Source of the DNA: Amphiscolops sp. MND2022 | Lineage: Eukaryota | Assembly (NCBI GenBank): GCA_964187785.1 | Contig: OZ076409.1 | Location: 29,638,001 to 29,702,000 of the forward strand | DNA length: 64,000 bases | Direction: 5' to 3' | Part shown: positions 1-12,302 of the stretch, piece after piece | Position numbering within the stretch: position 1 is the stretch's first letter | How the letters are laid out: every line of letters starts with the position of its first letter | The notes under the pieces: generated by a model | Seen by the model: the letters and a program-made list of their open reading frames with translations, nothing else | Databases searched by the model: none | Told to the model about the DNA's origin: nothing | Position numbers and translations under genes: made by a program

Positions 1-885
1 ACAGAAAGGTTTCCGTTATGTCGCTCGATTTATCTCCAAATGCTTGTTTCGCCACTTTTTTGAATTTGTTCGAAAAGTCGTTGAACGTCTCAGCTGTCGG
101 ATCGTAGCGCATTTGATCGAATTTGTATTTCGCTACTTCCTTCAGATCTTCTTTCGCGTATTCTTTCTTGAAGTAGCGGAGGACTTGGGCGAGTGTGGTC
201 TGGCTCGTCATCTTCAGTGATTGCCAGAACTCGATGGCGTCGTCTCGCAGTAAACTCTGGAAATATGTGAGTGTCTGCTCTTCAGACAGCTTTTGCTGGT
301 GCGGTCTGAGGTGATTAAGTAGCAAGTGTTCGAATTCGTTATATTTCTCCCGCTTACCTCTGAAGAGCGGGACTTGTGTGTGCAGGATTTTGGGATGCTG
401 CACTGTATCCGTCATTGTGTCTCGTAGATGGTGAATTTCACTGACAATGTCGTCGAACTGGCTGGCGGGTGGCTGAGGGTATCTGAAGGTTGATTGTTGT
501 GTTGGGTGTGGGTTCGCCAGGAGGTTGGTCTGAGGGACTCCTGTCACCATGTCGGAACGTGCACTAGTCTTATCGGTAACTGCATTTTGATCGTTCCCTT
601 CTCCGTGATTGGAGGATAACTTTTCCGTTAAAACTAATACCAGGCCAGTAAGTTCATTAATTTGTCTATTCATACTCGAGAAACGTTGGTCAATAGTCAT
701 TTGATTTGGTCGGGATGTTGTTCAGAATGAATGAGGTTTTCATTATCTAGTTCATCAATTTGATCTCTCGTGAGGAGGTCAGGAATGCTACATTCACTTT
801 CGGTATCACTAACACGGTCATTTCTACTTGCTTTACTCATGAATACTGGGATGGAACTTCTTGCCTGAGATCGTGTATTTACCAT
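1..885 (-). pseudogene. gag: gag of element A (frameshift near 697; starts inside the LTR)
   Basis: MVNTRSQ start at 885; continues in another frame through SDMVTGV into a capsid-like region homologous to 14557-15756. Confidence 0.85.
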
Positions 886-1740
886 TTTGTATAAAGAAAC
901 TGGAGTTGGTGAAAGAATTTGAATTGAGATTTTAAGGTTAAATTTAAGTTGAGAGGAAAGGTTAAATCTTTCGCAATGATGTGGTAAGCTACTGAGCGTC
1001 AATTTATACCATAGGTTAATGGCTGTCTTCTTGCACCTCTTATCAATTTCGCAATGTCGGTCACGTGACAACGTCACGTGACTGTATTGACCAATAGCAC
1101 TGCACTACTAATGAGGTGTTAATTGCGACATACTGGTGGTTGTACTATTTGAGGCTTTACGATGATGTTGCGTTGCCATCGCTACGCATAATGTTTGTTA
1201 ATTTTACTACACTAATTGAAATGAGTAATAATGCACTATAATGGTGGTATATTACCATCGTTACATGTAAATTTAGAAAGCACTGTGATGTGGTTATATT
1301 ACCAACATCACTTACATATGGAATGAAATATGTTTATGTCATTAACGCTATATGCTTGAGCAATGAAATGGAGTAGTTGAGTTACCAGCATAGCCTGGTT
1401 TAACTAATGAAGAAATGAATAAAATAATTACTATAAAAATAGCTTGACGATAGTATATCAACTACATTACGTGATGCACTTTAGGAATGGGTTGAGAAAA
1501 GTCATGTTAAGAGTGTATGATTATAATGAAAATGGGATTGGGTTGTTATGTGATGACATGTAAATAACGTAGAAATGATGTAATTGAAGAGTTTTAGTTT
1601 TTTTGGTTTTAGTGATGCCGTGTATATAACTACATTCTTTTCCCCATTTGCATTTCGGCGCGTTTTGTCGGTTCACCTTTTACTGATGTTGTTCAGTTGA
1701 GAGCATCGTTGTTCAGTATTATCATGCGTCAGGCATGACA
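1..1740 (-). mobile_element. Ty3/Gypsy element A, 5' part (5' LTR 550-1740, PBS 538-549, gag), continues off the window start
   Basis: On the minus strand the LTR begins TGTCATGCC (1740) and ends CCGACA (550), followed by PBS TGGTGACAGGAG. Gag homology to element C (FEHLLLNHL, FQSLLRDDAIEFWQ). Confidence 0.9.
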
Positions 1741-2072
1741 ATCCCGTTGAAAGAATTCCCCCAGAAGAATGCGGAAAAACCGAAAAGTAGACGCGCAACA
1801 TGTATACCGGTTAGGCCAAAACACGAAATTCGCTGATTTTGATCGACAGTGCTATATTTATGGGTATTTTATGTTGAGTGTGCAGATATTCAGAGGTGTG
1901 ATGGGTTTTGACCTAGTAGGTCTCAATGTTAGATCTTACCCCGCAAATACAATCTACTTTATCTGTTTTTGGACCTGGTTTATGTAAGAAGGGTGTGCAC
2001 ATACCGGTTGTATGTAGGAAGTCGCAGGAACCTTAGGGAACGTTTTTACGTGCTTGTGAGACGTGTCCGGAC
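1741..2072 (+). repeat. Direct repeat, copy 1 (about 93% identical to 7909-8242)
   Basis: Base-by-base match from atcccgttgaaagaattccccc to acgtgtccggac, about 23 differences by eye. Confidence 0.9.
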
Positions 2073-5000
2073 CTTTTCTTGAGTTCACCTAACATTTTTG
2101 AAGCTCCAGGGTGTCCCCGCATGGGGTCGCCATGCATCGTCCTGATTATGGCTTCGGTAGTTTCTGGAGGAACTACAATCTGTCGGTAAGCTAAGTTTCC
2201 TACGTTGACAAAAAAACTGTCTGTACAACACGTTGTTCACGATTTCGAGTCTATTACGGTTTTTGAAAAATTTCTGGAAAAGGTACTTGCAAATTTCATT
2301 TGGTTTGGAGGGTTTTCTTGCACAGTAAGGATCCTAACTTTACGTTGGACAACACTATTTTCGCCTTGAGCCCTAACAATTTCTGAAATCCTCGAAGGGC
2401 ATACCTGATTTACCGTGTGAACCTGAATCCGTTGGTAGAATCGGGTGAAGAAAAGGGGTTGAAGAAAGGGTTGGGTCAGAGGGCGTCACGAACGGTTGCA
2501 CCTGGGTCTTCATGTCTTCAATGCCTCTACGGTACTGCTCTTCGTCTTCGTGACACCATTGAGGAAACATCGCCAGGAGTGACTGCAATGTTGGGTTTGG
2601 TGATCTTGTTTCATCAGGCACGTTCGTCCCGTCGGGTTTGTATTCTTCTTCGTCATCATCCTGTTTAGGCGTTTTTGAAGCCAGATCAAATTCGACTTTG
2701 GAGACTGGTATTCCGTCATGGAGTTTGAGGTGGACCCTGTCCTTCGGGCTGAGGTCAATTCCTGACAGGTAGTCGGCTGCTGGATTCTAAACGCCAGGTA
2801 CATGGGCCAGGACGATGTCGAATTGGAGGGCCTGATCACAGTAATTCCACAGTTTTGGCGGTATTCGTTTGGACTGGAAAAATTTTGTGAGTGTTTTGTT
2901 ATCAATCATGACAATCGTTGGTTCCTTCACTCCCCACAAATTACGGGCGAATTCGTCAAATGCGAAGTGCATGGCCAGGAACTCCTTCGCGTACATCGTG
3001 GGTGACATTTGACCCTCATTAAAAACTTGTGAACCAAAGGCAACTGGTGCATATGACTTCGTTGGTCCATCATTTGTCTCAGTGTAGTCCTCTATCAAGA
3101 GAACGTAGCCGGCTGCAAGGCTCACTAGCATCGCACATTATCACCAACTGTTTGTCTCGAAGTGGTAATCTCAGCGATATCTTGGCAGCATTCGCTAAGT
3201 TCTCGTTGATGTCAAATATCACATCTTTGTTGACTTGGGTGAGTTCGTATTTGACATCTTTCTGTAACAACTTGTATAGAGGAACCAGTTTCTCAGCTAA
3301 TCTTGGGATTTACTGGCGGTAAAACTGCACAAATCCAATATACCGTTGTAGTGACTTCACGGACGTCGGTAGTTTGATGTTCTCCAGAAACTTGTTGATT
3401 TTTTCCTCCATTGGCGCGATGCCTTTGGTAGTAATGCTTCTTCCCAGAAATTCGATCTCAGGTTGACCCAACGCACACTTCGCCATTGACAGCTTCAGAC
3501 CGGCCTGTCTAATTTTGGTGAATACCGTCTCAATGTTGCTGACTAGTTCTTCGACAGTGTTGGCTGCAATGCTGATATCGTCAACAAATTGGGCGCAATT
3601 GTCTGCCTTGACCAAGGGTCCAAGTACTCTAGAACTGTAATATTGAAGGCTGACAGGGACCGGTTTAATCCTTGGGCTAATCTGAGGAAGCCGAAGGTCC
3701 TACTTCCAAAGTTGAATGCAAGTAATTGGACTGATTGTTCATCTGTCATCTGCAAGCCATGGTACGCTTGTGAACAGTCCAGTTTGCAAAAATAACGTTT
3801 TTCAGCCATGTGTTGTGCTACATCGGCCATCGTCGTCACTGGGTGGTTGTGTTGGTTGTAATCATTCTTCAGTAAATGATTAATTCTTCTGAGATCGACA
3901 AGGATTCTGAGCTTCCCATTTGGTTTACGTTCAGCGAAGATGGGTGAACAGTACTTGCTGTACGGTAAAGCGGTGATTGAATCGTACTCTGCATTAATGC
4001 CAATTCAACCAGTAAATCGTCTTTCAGGTTCCTTGGTGTGGGTAAGCTTTGAGCATAAACTGGTTCGTCGTGTCAAACTTTATCTTGAACTCGGTTTTGA
4101 TCCCTATGTCCAGTCTATGTCTGGCGAAGATGTCATTGTACTTGACCAATAGAGCCTCAGTTTTCTGCTTCTTGTGAGGGTTCAGTAATGATTGTTCCCA
4201 CTGAAAGTTCGCCAAAAATTCTTGCCGTTGTTTTTCACTTGATGTTGGATCCAGTTTCTCCTCTGCCCTGAGTTTAATGATCTCGTCGTAGATTCGTTTT
4301 TCAATATTGTTGAGTCTTGACGGGTCATCACGTGTCTCAGGCGTAGGGTACCATCGTCTGTTTCTCTTTACATTTGGATCCTGGAAGATTTGGTTCAAAA
4401 CTGCTTCAGCGTCGGCTGGATATTGTGAGATCAGGTTGAGTTGGTGACTGGTCATCGGCTGTAGGTTATTGTCTCCCTTTGGTGTCATAATCTTGAATGA
4501 CGCTAAAGCATTACCCACATTGATGGTAATCTGGTAGTCTAGTGAGTTTATGATTTGGACGTGAGTCCGACCCTCTTGGGTCTCGCTGAGAGCCGGGGAT
4601 ACCAGCAGATGTGAACGTCTCTCGAAAGCGGGTAGTCCTTCGACGGTACCAGTGATGTCGCCAGGTTGCGTTCAATTACCACTGGGACGAACACTTGTTG
4701 GTGGGGTTGGATCACCATCTTCTGAGTTGTTTGCAATTCGAGTAATTTATTTTTGAATTTTTCGTTGACTGATCGCAGTTGGAGGGTGATGTCCGGGAAT
4801 TTGACTATGTTGTTGGCTAAGTCTGGGGTAACAGAGTATTTCATGAAGTATGACATTCCGATGAGTACGTTCCCCATTGTCGGGAGAACCATGAATGTTT
4901 CTTTGAAGACTTTGCCCCCAATGAAGAATCGTAGTAGGGTTGCGCCAGTGTCAAGGAGGCCAAAGTTTTTGTTTTCCCGAAAATGAAGTGGCACGTACAA

Positions 5001-5370
5001 CATCTTGTCTTTCCTGTTGAGTTGTAAGGTGGCACTCAACTGGCGGTTTTCGTACTCTGGTTTCTTCGGCGGTTAGTTTGGTTTTGAAGATGTGGTTTGT
5101 TCATCATCATTTGGTAATTCAGTCATTGTGTTGTCTTGACCTAATGGTTCCATGTTGTTGACTGCAGGTCTTCGTTTCAGTTATTTCGGTTTGATGGTGT
5201 AGTTGTCAGTCGAATGTCTTGTGATGACAATGTTTGAGTTTCTTTAGTATAGGTTGAAGGAGGGGCCTGCCACCGTGTGTGGTTTACAGTTGTGAGTCGT
5301 TTTTGAGTATTAGTCGGTTTTCGGTGATTCTGATGCACACTTTTGTTTGATTGAGGGGGATGACGTGACT
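2073..5370 (-). pseudogene. pol: pol of element B (PR-RT-RH-partial IN), multiply frameshifted
   Basis: ORF fragments 4548-5039, 4024-4518, 3543-3839, 3310-3615, 3079-3270 and 2787-3131 are colinear with element C pol. Confidence 0.9.
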
Positions 5371-5371
5371 T

Positions 5372-6907
5372 TAGAAGTTTTTTTGGTCCTCTACGTCATC
5401 GTGTCGTTCCATTTCCTCAATATTGTTAATTTCGTCGTTGGTAGTGTGGGACAGCTCGTTGGTATTGTAGATAGCCCTGTATTGTAGACAGCCCTGTTGT
5501 TGGTCTGTCGAAAAGCCCTTCTGAACTGTTTGTTTTCTTCCGTTGACTGTTTAGGATACGGGACGTTTTGGTGGGCTGATGCGGTCGTATTTCTGTGATA
5601 ACAGTCTCGGGCTGAGTGTCCCACCTTGCCACAAAATTGACAAACGAGTTTTGAGATGTATTTAGAACTGTTTTCTTGGGCCTGGTTCGATTGGGTTGTC
5701 TGTTGTTGTTTCTGGTTTGTGGGTTTTGCCTGTGCTTCTTATCAGAGGCGTTTCTTACACTCCGCCTTTTTGTGCCCATGTATGACGCAGTGACGGCTTT
5801 GTCCATCCAACTTTCTCTTTGTTTCCCTGTTATGTTTGTGGATTGGGTATTTGACGTCTGAGGTGTGGCTGCATTTGGTTGGGGTGCACTCATTTGGTTG
5901 AATGGTTGCGCACCGACTGTGTTTGGGAGGAGTTGTGCATATTGACATCTACGTTGCACAAATGTCCGAATCTCTTCCATCGTGGTGTCATGTTTGCCCG
6001 ACATTGCCAGTTCGTTTTGCTTTTGAACGGGAAGTTTCGCGAAAAAAAATGTCTCTGTTATGTCGCTGGATTTGTCTCGAAATGCTTGTTTCGCTTCTTT
6101 TGAAAATTTGTTGAGGTAGTCGTTAAATGTCTCGGTCGAGGGATCATAGCGCATTTGGTCAATTTTGTATTTGGCCACTTCTTTCAGGTCCTCTTTGGCG
6201 CACTCTATTTTGAAGTAACGCAAGACTTGTGTTAGGGTCGTCTGATTCGTTATCTTCAATGACTGCAAAAATTCAATGGCAACATCGCGTAGCAGGCTTT
6301 GAAATTATGTCAGTTTCTGTTCTTCTGATAAGTTGTGTTGGTGTGGCCTGACATGGTTGAGCAGAAGGTGCTCAAATTCATTGTATTTTCCCCAATTTCC
6401 TCGGAAAAGTGGGACTTGCGTTTGTAGTATTTTCGGATGTTGTACTGTATCCGTCTTGGTATCCCTCAGGTGGTGGATTTCGGAGACGATGTTGTCAATT
6501 TGGTAGGCGGATGACTGAGGGTATTGCGATGTGGGTGGGCGCAATAGGTTCGTCTGCGGGCTGCTGGTTGATGCTCCTGTCACCATGTCGGAGCTGGTCT
6601 CATGTCCAATTGACACCTTGTTTAGTTCGTTCACTTCTCTATTGCTAGAGGAAATCTTTGCTGTTAGTACTAAAACTAAGTTCGTCAGTTCGGTAATTTG
6701 TTTGTTCATCTCGGAGAACCTTTGATTTACTGTACGTCGTTTAATCTCATTTCGATTATCTAGTAAGTCTCCATTATCAAATTCGTTCATCTGTTCTCTT
6801 GTTAGAACATCAGGCACACTGTCTTTGCTCTCTGCATAACTGTAACTATCTGTTCCGTTCATACTTGTTGGGTTATATTTAATTGCCTGAGATCTAGTAT
6901 TAACCAT
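5372..6907 (-). pseudogene. gag: gag of element B (premature stop and frameshifts)
   Basis: ORFs 6305-6907, 5426-6268 and 5391-5624 are homologous to element C gag, with zinc-knuckle remnants. Confidence 0.88.
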
Positions 6908-7908
6908 AAATTAAAACTACTGGAGTTTTATGAGGTTTTATTGGGTTATTGTAATAAATGGGTTCTGGTATTGGTATGATGAGGCTAGTTGTATACGAAT
7001 AAGATTGTGGTTAGCAACCGCACGTTATAACCGCAAATTCTACTGGTGGCACTCTCGTACCTGCTATTGAGTATGTCGATGTCGGACCACATCGGCGTGA
7101 CCACATCGACCAATCGCATTGCAGTATTATGGTGGTGTTAATTTGCACCTCGATTAGTAATTGCCCAATTTGAGTTTAAACTTGATACTGCACGGAAATA
7201 TAATGTGATGGTGTTACTATAGTTACATGACTCACTAATTGGTATATTCGTTTAGTATTGCAATGTGGCAATGTTGCCAACATCGTATGAGCAAATTATT
7301 AATATAGGCGTTGGTAACGAAGTTAACTGCATTAGAATGAAATCTGGTGATGGTTTGTCACCCACATTACGTGCTTAATCATATAATGTATCATATATAA
7401 TGTATCATGAAATTGATTTAAAAGGTACATGTAGAAAATGTATGATTATGGCTGAAAGAGAGAAAAGCTATTTGAAACCTAAATATAAATGATGCATCTG
7501 AAAGATTTGAGATTAAGTTTGATGATGTGGTTTGGTTAACTACAATCTTTTTCCTTCGTCTGTGCTCATGTACTGTTTGTTGATTTTATGTCTCGACTCT
7601 TGAATGTTGTGTAGTTAACCACTTCTCTGTTCAACATTCTCATGCATCAGGCATGACACAAGATAATATATTTCTCTTCTTTACTATCTATCAACTGATG
7701 TATATGTTTGTAACGTCAGGCAGTCGGTGAACGCAATTTTTGAAAATTTGGAACAAGTTATGCTCAACCTGGCAGGTACTTCCAATCAGTCTGGAAGACG
7801 TTAAAAAAGACAGACACCCCACCCCATCCCCGATAGCGAGAAAGAGTGCAGAAAAACCCCAAAAAAGGAACTCTAGACGTCGTCCGTGACAGAGTGCCGA
7901 AGAAGAAC

Positions 7909-8242
7909 ATCCCGTTGAAAGAATTCCCCCAGAAGAATGCGGAAAAACCGAAAAGTAGACGTCCAACATGTATACCGGTTATGCCCAAAACACGAAATTC
8001 GCTGAATTTTGATCCACAGTGCTATGTTTATAGTTATTTTATGTTGCGTGTGCAGATTTTCAGAGGTGAGATGGCTTTTGACCTAGTAGGTCTCAATTTT
8101 AGATCTTATTCCGCAAATACAATGTACTTTACCTGTTTTTGGACCTGATGTATGTAAGAAGGGTGTGCACATACCGATTGTATGTAGGAAGTCGCAGGAA
8201 TCTTAGGGAACGTTTTTACGTGCTTGTGGGACGTGTCCGGAC
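7909..8242 (+). repeat. Direct repeat, copy 2 (matches 1741-2072)
   Basis: Direct sequence comparison. Confidence 0.9.
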
Positions 8243-11158
8243 TTTGAGTGTGCCGGCATGTCGCCGCGGAGCTCTAAAATGAGTCTCATCGACACTAGAA
8301 AAGTCCCCCCAGGAGACTTTTAGGGATCAAAAACTAGTGTTTAGTGTTGTAGTAAGACAACGGTCTCCTGTTTAAGCAACCTGAGCGCTGTCCCAGTTCT
8401 AGGATGTACGCTACTAGCTTGACGTTACAGTTCATAGAACAAAAGAGGCTTTGTATTCAAACTAAAAATATCAGAAATTGAGTAGGTTTGCTGACAATTT
8501 TCAATTATTTTCCCGTGACTTGGAACATCCGCCATCAGTTTGGTTCCAAGTCGACTTTAACAAAACACCTAAACCTTGATGGTTTTGACATCATGTGCAT
8601 CAAGAAATTTACAGAAAAAAAATATACATAATCAATGACAGAATGCTCACAGAAATCGCTGAAAAATGGGGAAAATCACTGGAAAGTGCTTACTAAAATT
8701 GATAGAAATATGAGTTTTAGTCGAGACATTGACTCTTAACAATATAAAATGTGTCGTCTTGAAAATCTTTCATCTCATTATTGCCGTGATGACGTAAGCA
8801 ATTGCTTTTGGGGAGAGGGATATTTCTGGTCTATCCATACAGTTTCGAGGCATGCCTTGCCACTTAGGGGTATATTGAATTATAGATGACAACTGTTTCT
8901 GTGTTCCCTGAAAAATTGTCCCCGACTATTGCAATAAAGACTTGAGCAGAATTCAATATGATTTAGTGCCAAACGCCAGCATGGAAGAAAAGGAAGTATT
9001 ATATAGCAGACGCTTTTGATTGAGTTCTATAAAGACACATTGTGTGAGCGAAATTAAAAATTAATTGATACCTAAAACTCGAATAGGGAAATGAAAAAGC
9101 ACCGTCAGCCTTTAAAAATAGATCTCCATCAAATATCAAAGTTTAGCGTTTGTATTTTACTACAGCACCGTAGTAGCATAATGCCATTGAAACATCCCTG
9201 AACTTGGAAAGAAGAAAGCAGCCAAATGGAAAAGTCCATTCAAGACCATTGTGAGATGACTTCTGGAGCGGGGGATCTGCGGCCGCGATAATTTTGCATT
9301 CCTTTGTTTCTTCGACGAGTGCTCATTAAAGATTACGTAATGAAATCCTTTCTTATACCGAGTAATTGCAAATGCGTGTCGCTTGGTTGTTGTCTTGCTT
9401 CTGTCACACCTTCTGGCTTTGTGAAAACAATTTTCTCATTTCGCTCCCCGAGTTCCCACCGTTCGTATCAATCATCAGATGGAAATTTTAAAATTGGCTC
9501 CCCTCTCCCCATCTCATAATGTTTTGCGTAACGTTTTGGTAAAAATTTCATTTCCATTCTCTAACAATCTCATTAGACGAGTTTCTGCATTCTTTACTCC
9601 CCGTTAAGCTGTGCAATTCAAAATTGAAGTTAATCACTTTAAAAGAAATATTCCATTATACATATTGTGCTTTGAAATGAAAAGCGAAGAAAAGACTTTT
9701 TACTCTGATTTTCAATCCTATTGACGGTTAGTTTCTTTCAAATGTTTTAAAGATTTTAAATCTGTTCAAACAATTGTTTCTTTTGTGCTTGAGCCATTTT
9801 CTCATTTTTTGTACTTAAACTTATTTCCGCTTCCATTTACTCCCAATTTGGATGCATATATAAATCTATTCCCAACTTTTAAAGAAAGCTTTAAAAACCA
9901 TCTTCTTATGGGTAAATTTCAAGTCGGTTTTTCACGTAAGTTTTCAGTCATTTTTTTACTCATAGCAAAATGTCATATTTTTGCTTGTTTCTTTTGTTTC
10001 CGCACAAAACAGCTCAGTGTCTCATTCCACTAACTTGAGCAGTTCAAAACCGAAGTATAATTTCATGTTAGCCAAGTAATTCGACAATTTTCATCTGGAA
10101 GTTTTTCGGCATCGCGATATTTTATTGGCTTTCGCAGCCTATTATGATGATAATGCTTGTGCGGAACAGCATTGCGGAACAGCAATGGCTGCCTAAAGTG
10201 ATCTTACTGGCTGCTTCAGTCGATTCCACTTAAAATTCTTTTGAAAATTCGTTTTGACATGTATAACTGTTGAGACTTTTTGAGGTTGTTCTAATGTAAT
10301 TTATCACAGAGGTTCTTGCTGGGAACGTTTCTTTACATCCCTCGTTGAGACTGCTGGAACTTTTTCCATGCTGCAGGCCTGCATGCAGGGTAATTTTTTA
10401 TAAAACCTAGAAAATTCAGTAAGCTTCCGGTGGTAAATCTTGTAGAATTACACTGCATTTTCCACTACTGCAATTAAATTTGAAAATATCTCACACTTCT
10501 TTTACGGACACGATCACGTTGTATTCACACATTGATTTCTCAAATACTCATCTGATTTAACCACCGCGTCTCAAATAGGACGCTGAAGATGACGCTAGTT
10601 TGCTGTTTACATTGTGAATGAAGTTAATTTGCATTAAAATGGCGGCAAAATTGGTGACGTCTCAGCTGCATTCAAAATTAGAACTGATGCATATTGAAAC
10701 CTTCAAAACTTCAAGGCTTAAAATTCCCGCCAAAACTTTGATGATTCGTTAAAGCAGCTTAATAAAAGTTGGCGACAACAGGGAAATATCAACGCATTAA
10801 AGTTTCCGTAAGATATTTAGAAAATCATAATAAAAGTTGATGGCAACATTAAAGTACATGTAAAAAGTTCAAGCATGTTCAACAAGGGATGCTCATCATG
10901 TGTTAGTGGATTCCACCTTTTATTCTTTTTTGCACCCGAATAATGACTTAAGGCCTTATTCCACCAGAGCAATGATTTTAGATTTTAGGCGACCAAAAGG
11001 CAGTGATTCAATGCTTATTTTCCAGTATTTGTCAGCCAAAAAAACACGTTTCGACAATGACAAAATAATGAGGCCATTTTGAAGACGAAAAAAGCAATAA
11101 AGTGTGTCTAAAACGGTCAGCAAAGTGTATTGCTTGATTATGGTTCGTGGTATGTTGT

Positions 11159-11673
11159 AACAAGCCGGGAACGGCCCAAGTCGGCGCCATATCTAAGGCT
11201 CAAAAAGAGCATAAGGGCTTCAAAATGTCAAAGTATTCTCTTCTAAACCACCCGCACGAGATGAAAATTGAAAAAAAACTATTTTTTTTGAAGTCTCCGG
11301 TAAGTCGCATAGTGCCGAAAATCTAGAAGGGGGGACCATTTGGGATTTTTTGAAAGTCCATTCTGTTGCAAAATGTCAAAAAAGTTGAAGGCAGGACCCT
11401 TTGGAGACATTAAAAAAATTTGCGAAAAAAAGTGTCACAAAGCCGCACAAAAAAATTGGTCAATGATGAGACTCGAACCCACATCCTTCTGCTTGGCAGA
11501 CATCAAAAACTATCCTAAGTAACCTCTATGCTAAGTGGCAGTAGAAGTTACAAGTGTGGCAGTTAGTGGACGCAGCTTATAAAGCTTATGAAATCTGTCA
11601 CTTCGTTGGTCTTAAGAATAAGAAAAGTCACTACTATAGTCTGCGTTTTTCTACGTAAAGCGCCGACTAAAAA
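11159..11673. mobile_element. Putative non-autonomous interspersed element (DINE-1/HINE-like) with a tRNA-like segment
   Basis: Begins aacaag; subterminal inverted repeat agtcggcgc / gcgccgact; minus-strand B-box-like GGGTTCGAGTCTC near 11470. Confidence 0.4.
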
Positions 11674-12249
11674 TCCTATTTGGCCGAGCCCGATTAAAAA
11701 ATTCGAATTTTTCAACGAAATTTTTTAAAAGACAAAATCAGGACTGATAAGAACTTTCAATTTTTTTGCACGAAAAGTTCCCACAACTGCCAAGAACTGC
11801 CGATACTGTTCAGGATTTGAGAACTTGAAATCGTTTAGTTATCGTTCTCGGGATTTAGGTCAACTGAAGTGTCAGTCCCTGTGTAAACGCTAATAAGGAC
11901 AAACAAGATTGCGTTCAAGAAAAGCAGCACACAATACAACAAGGCTGGAACAGGAACGGAAAAATGATTTCCCCAAAAGTTTGCAGTTTTTAGTCGCCTC
12001 TTTCTTTGAAAAATGCCAAATATAGTAGTGGTTTTTTAAAGACCTGACAATTTTCTATAACTTCTATAAAACGCTCCAGTACGACTTTAGTACGAAAGAA
12101 ATGGCAAAAGTGTGCGGCTGTGAAGCAAGGGTTCGAATACTTCAATAAAATTAAGTCAACTGGAGTGTCAGTACGGGCGATCTATGTTGACGTTCGCAAT
12201 CAAACATACAGAAGTTTCTCAATATTCTCCCAAAAAAGTTGGCAGGACC

Positions 12250-12302
12250 TTTATTTTTTAATTAGACATTAAAACCGAAAGAGAGATGCAACGCTAGAGA
12301 AC
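12250..12302 (+). repeat. 53-bp target duplication, left copy (identical to 24634-24686)
   Basis: tttattttttaattagacattaaaaccgaaagagagatgcaacgctagagaac abuts both ends of element C. Confidence 0.95.

Larger units (their letters stand above)
2073..7658 (-). mobile_element. Ty3/Gypsy element B, decayed, 3'-truncated in the integrase zinc-binding region; 5' LTR 6586-7658, PBS 6572-6585
   Basis: LTR TGTCATGCC...CCGACA and PBS TGGTGACAGGAGCA; fragmented gag, protease (LLDTGA), RT (LDCSQAY, LAQGLN, FVDD), RNase H (MCDASE), integrase HGDPMRGHPG. Confidence 0.92.

Noticed and set aside
11455..11530. tRNA gene on the minus strand
   Set aside because: Only a B-box/T-arm-like part is present; no full cloverleaf; lies within a repeat.
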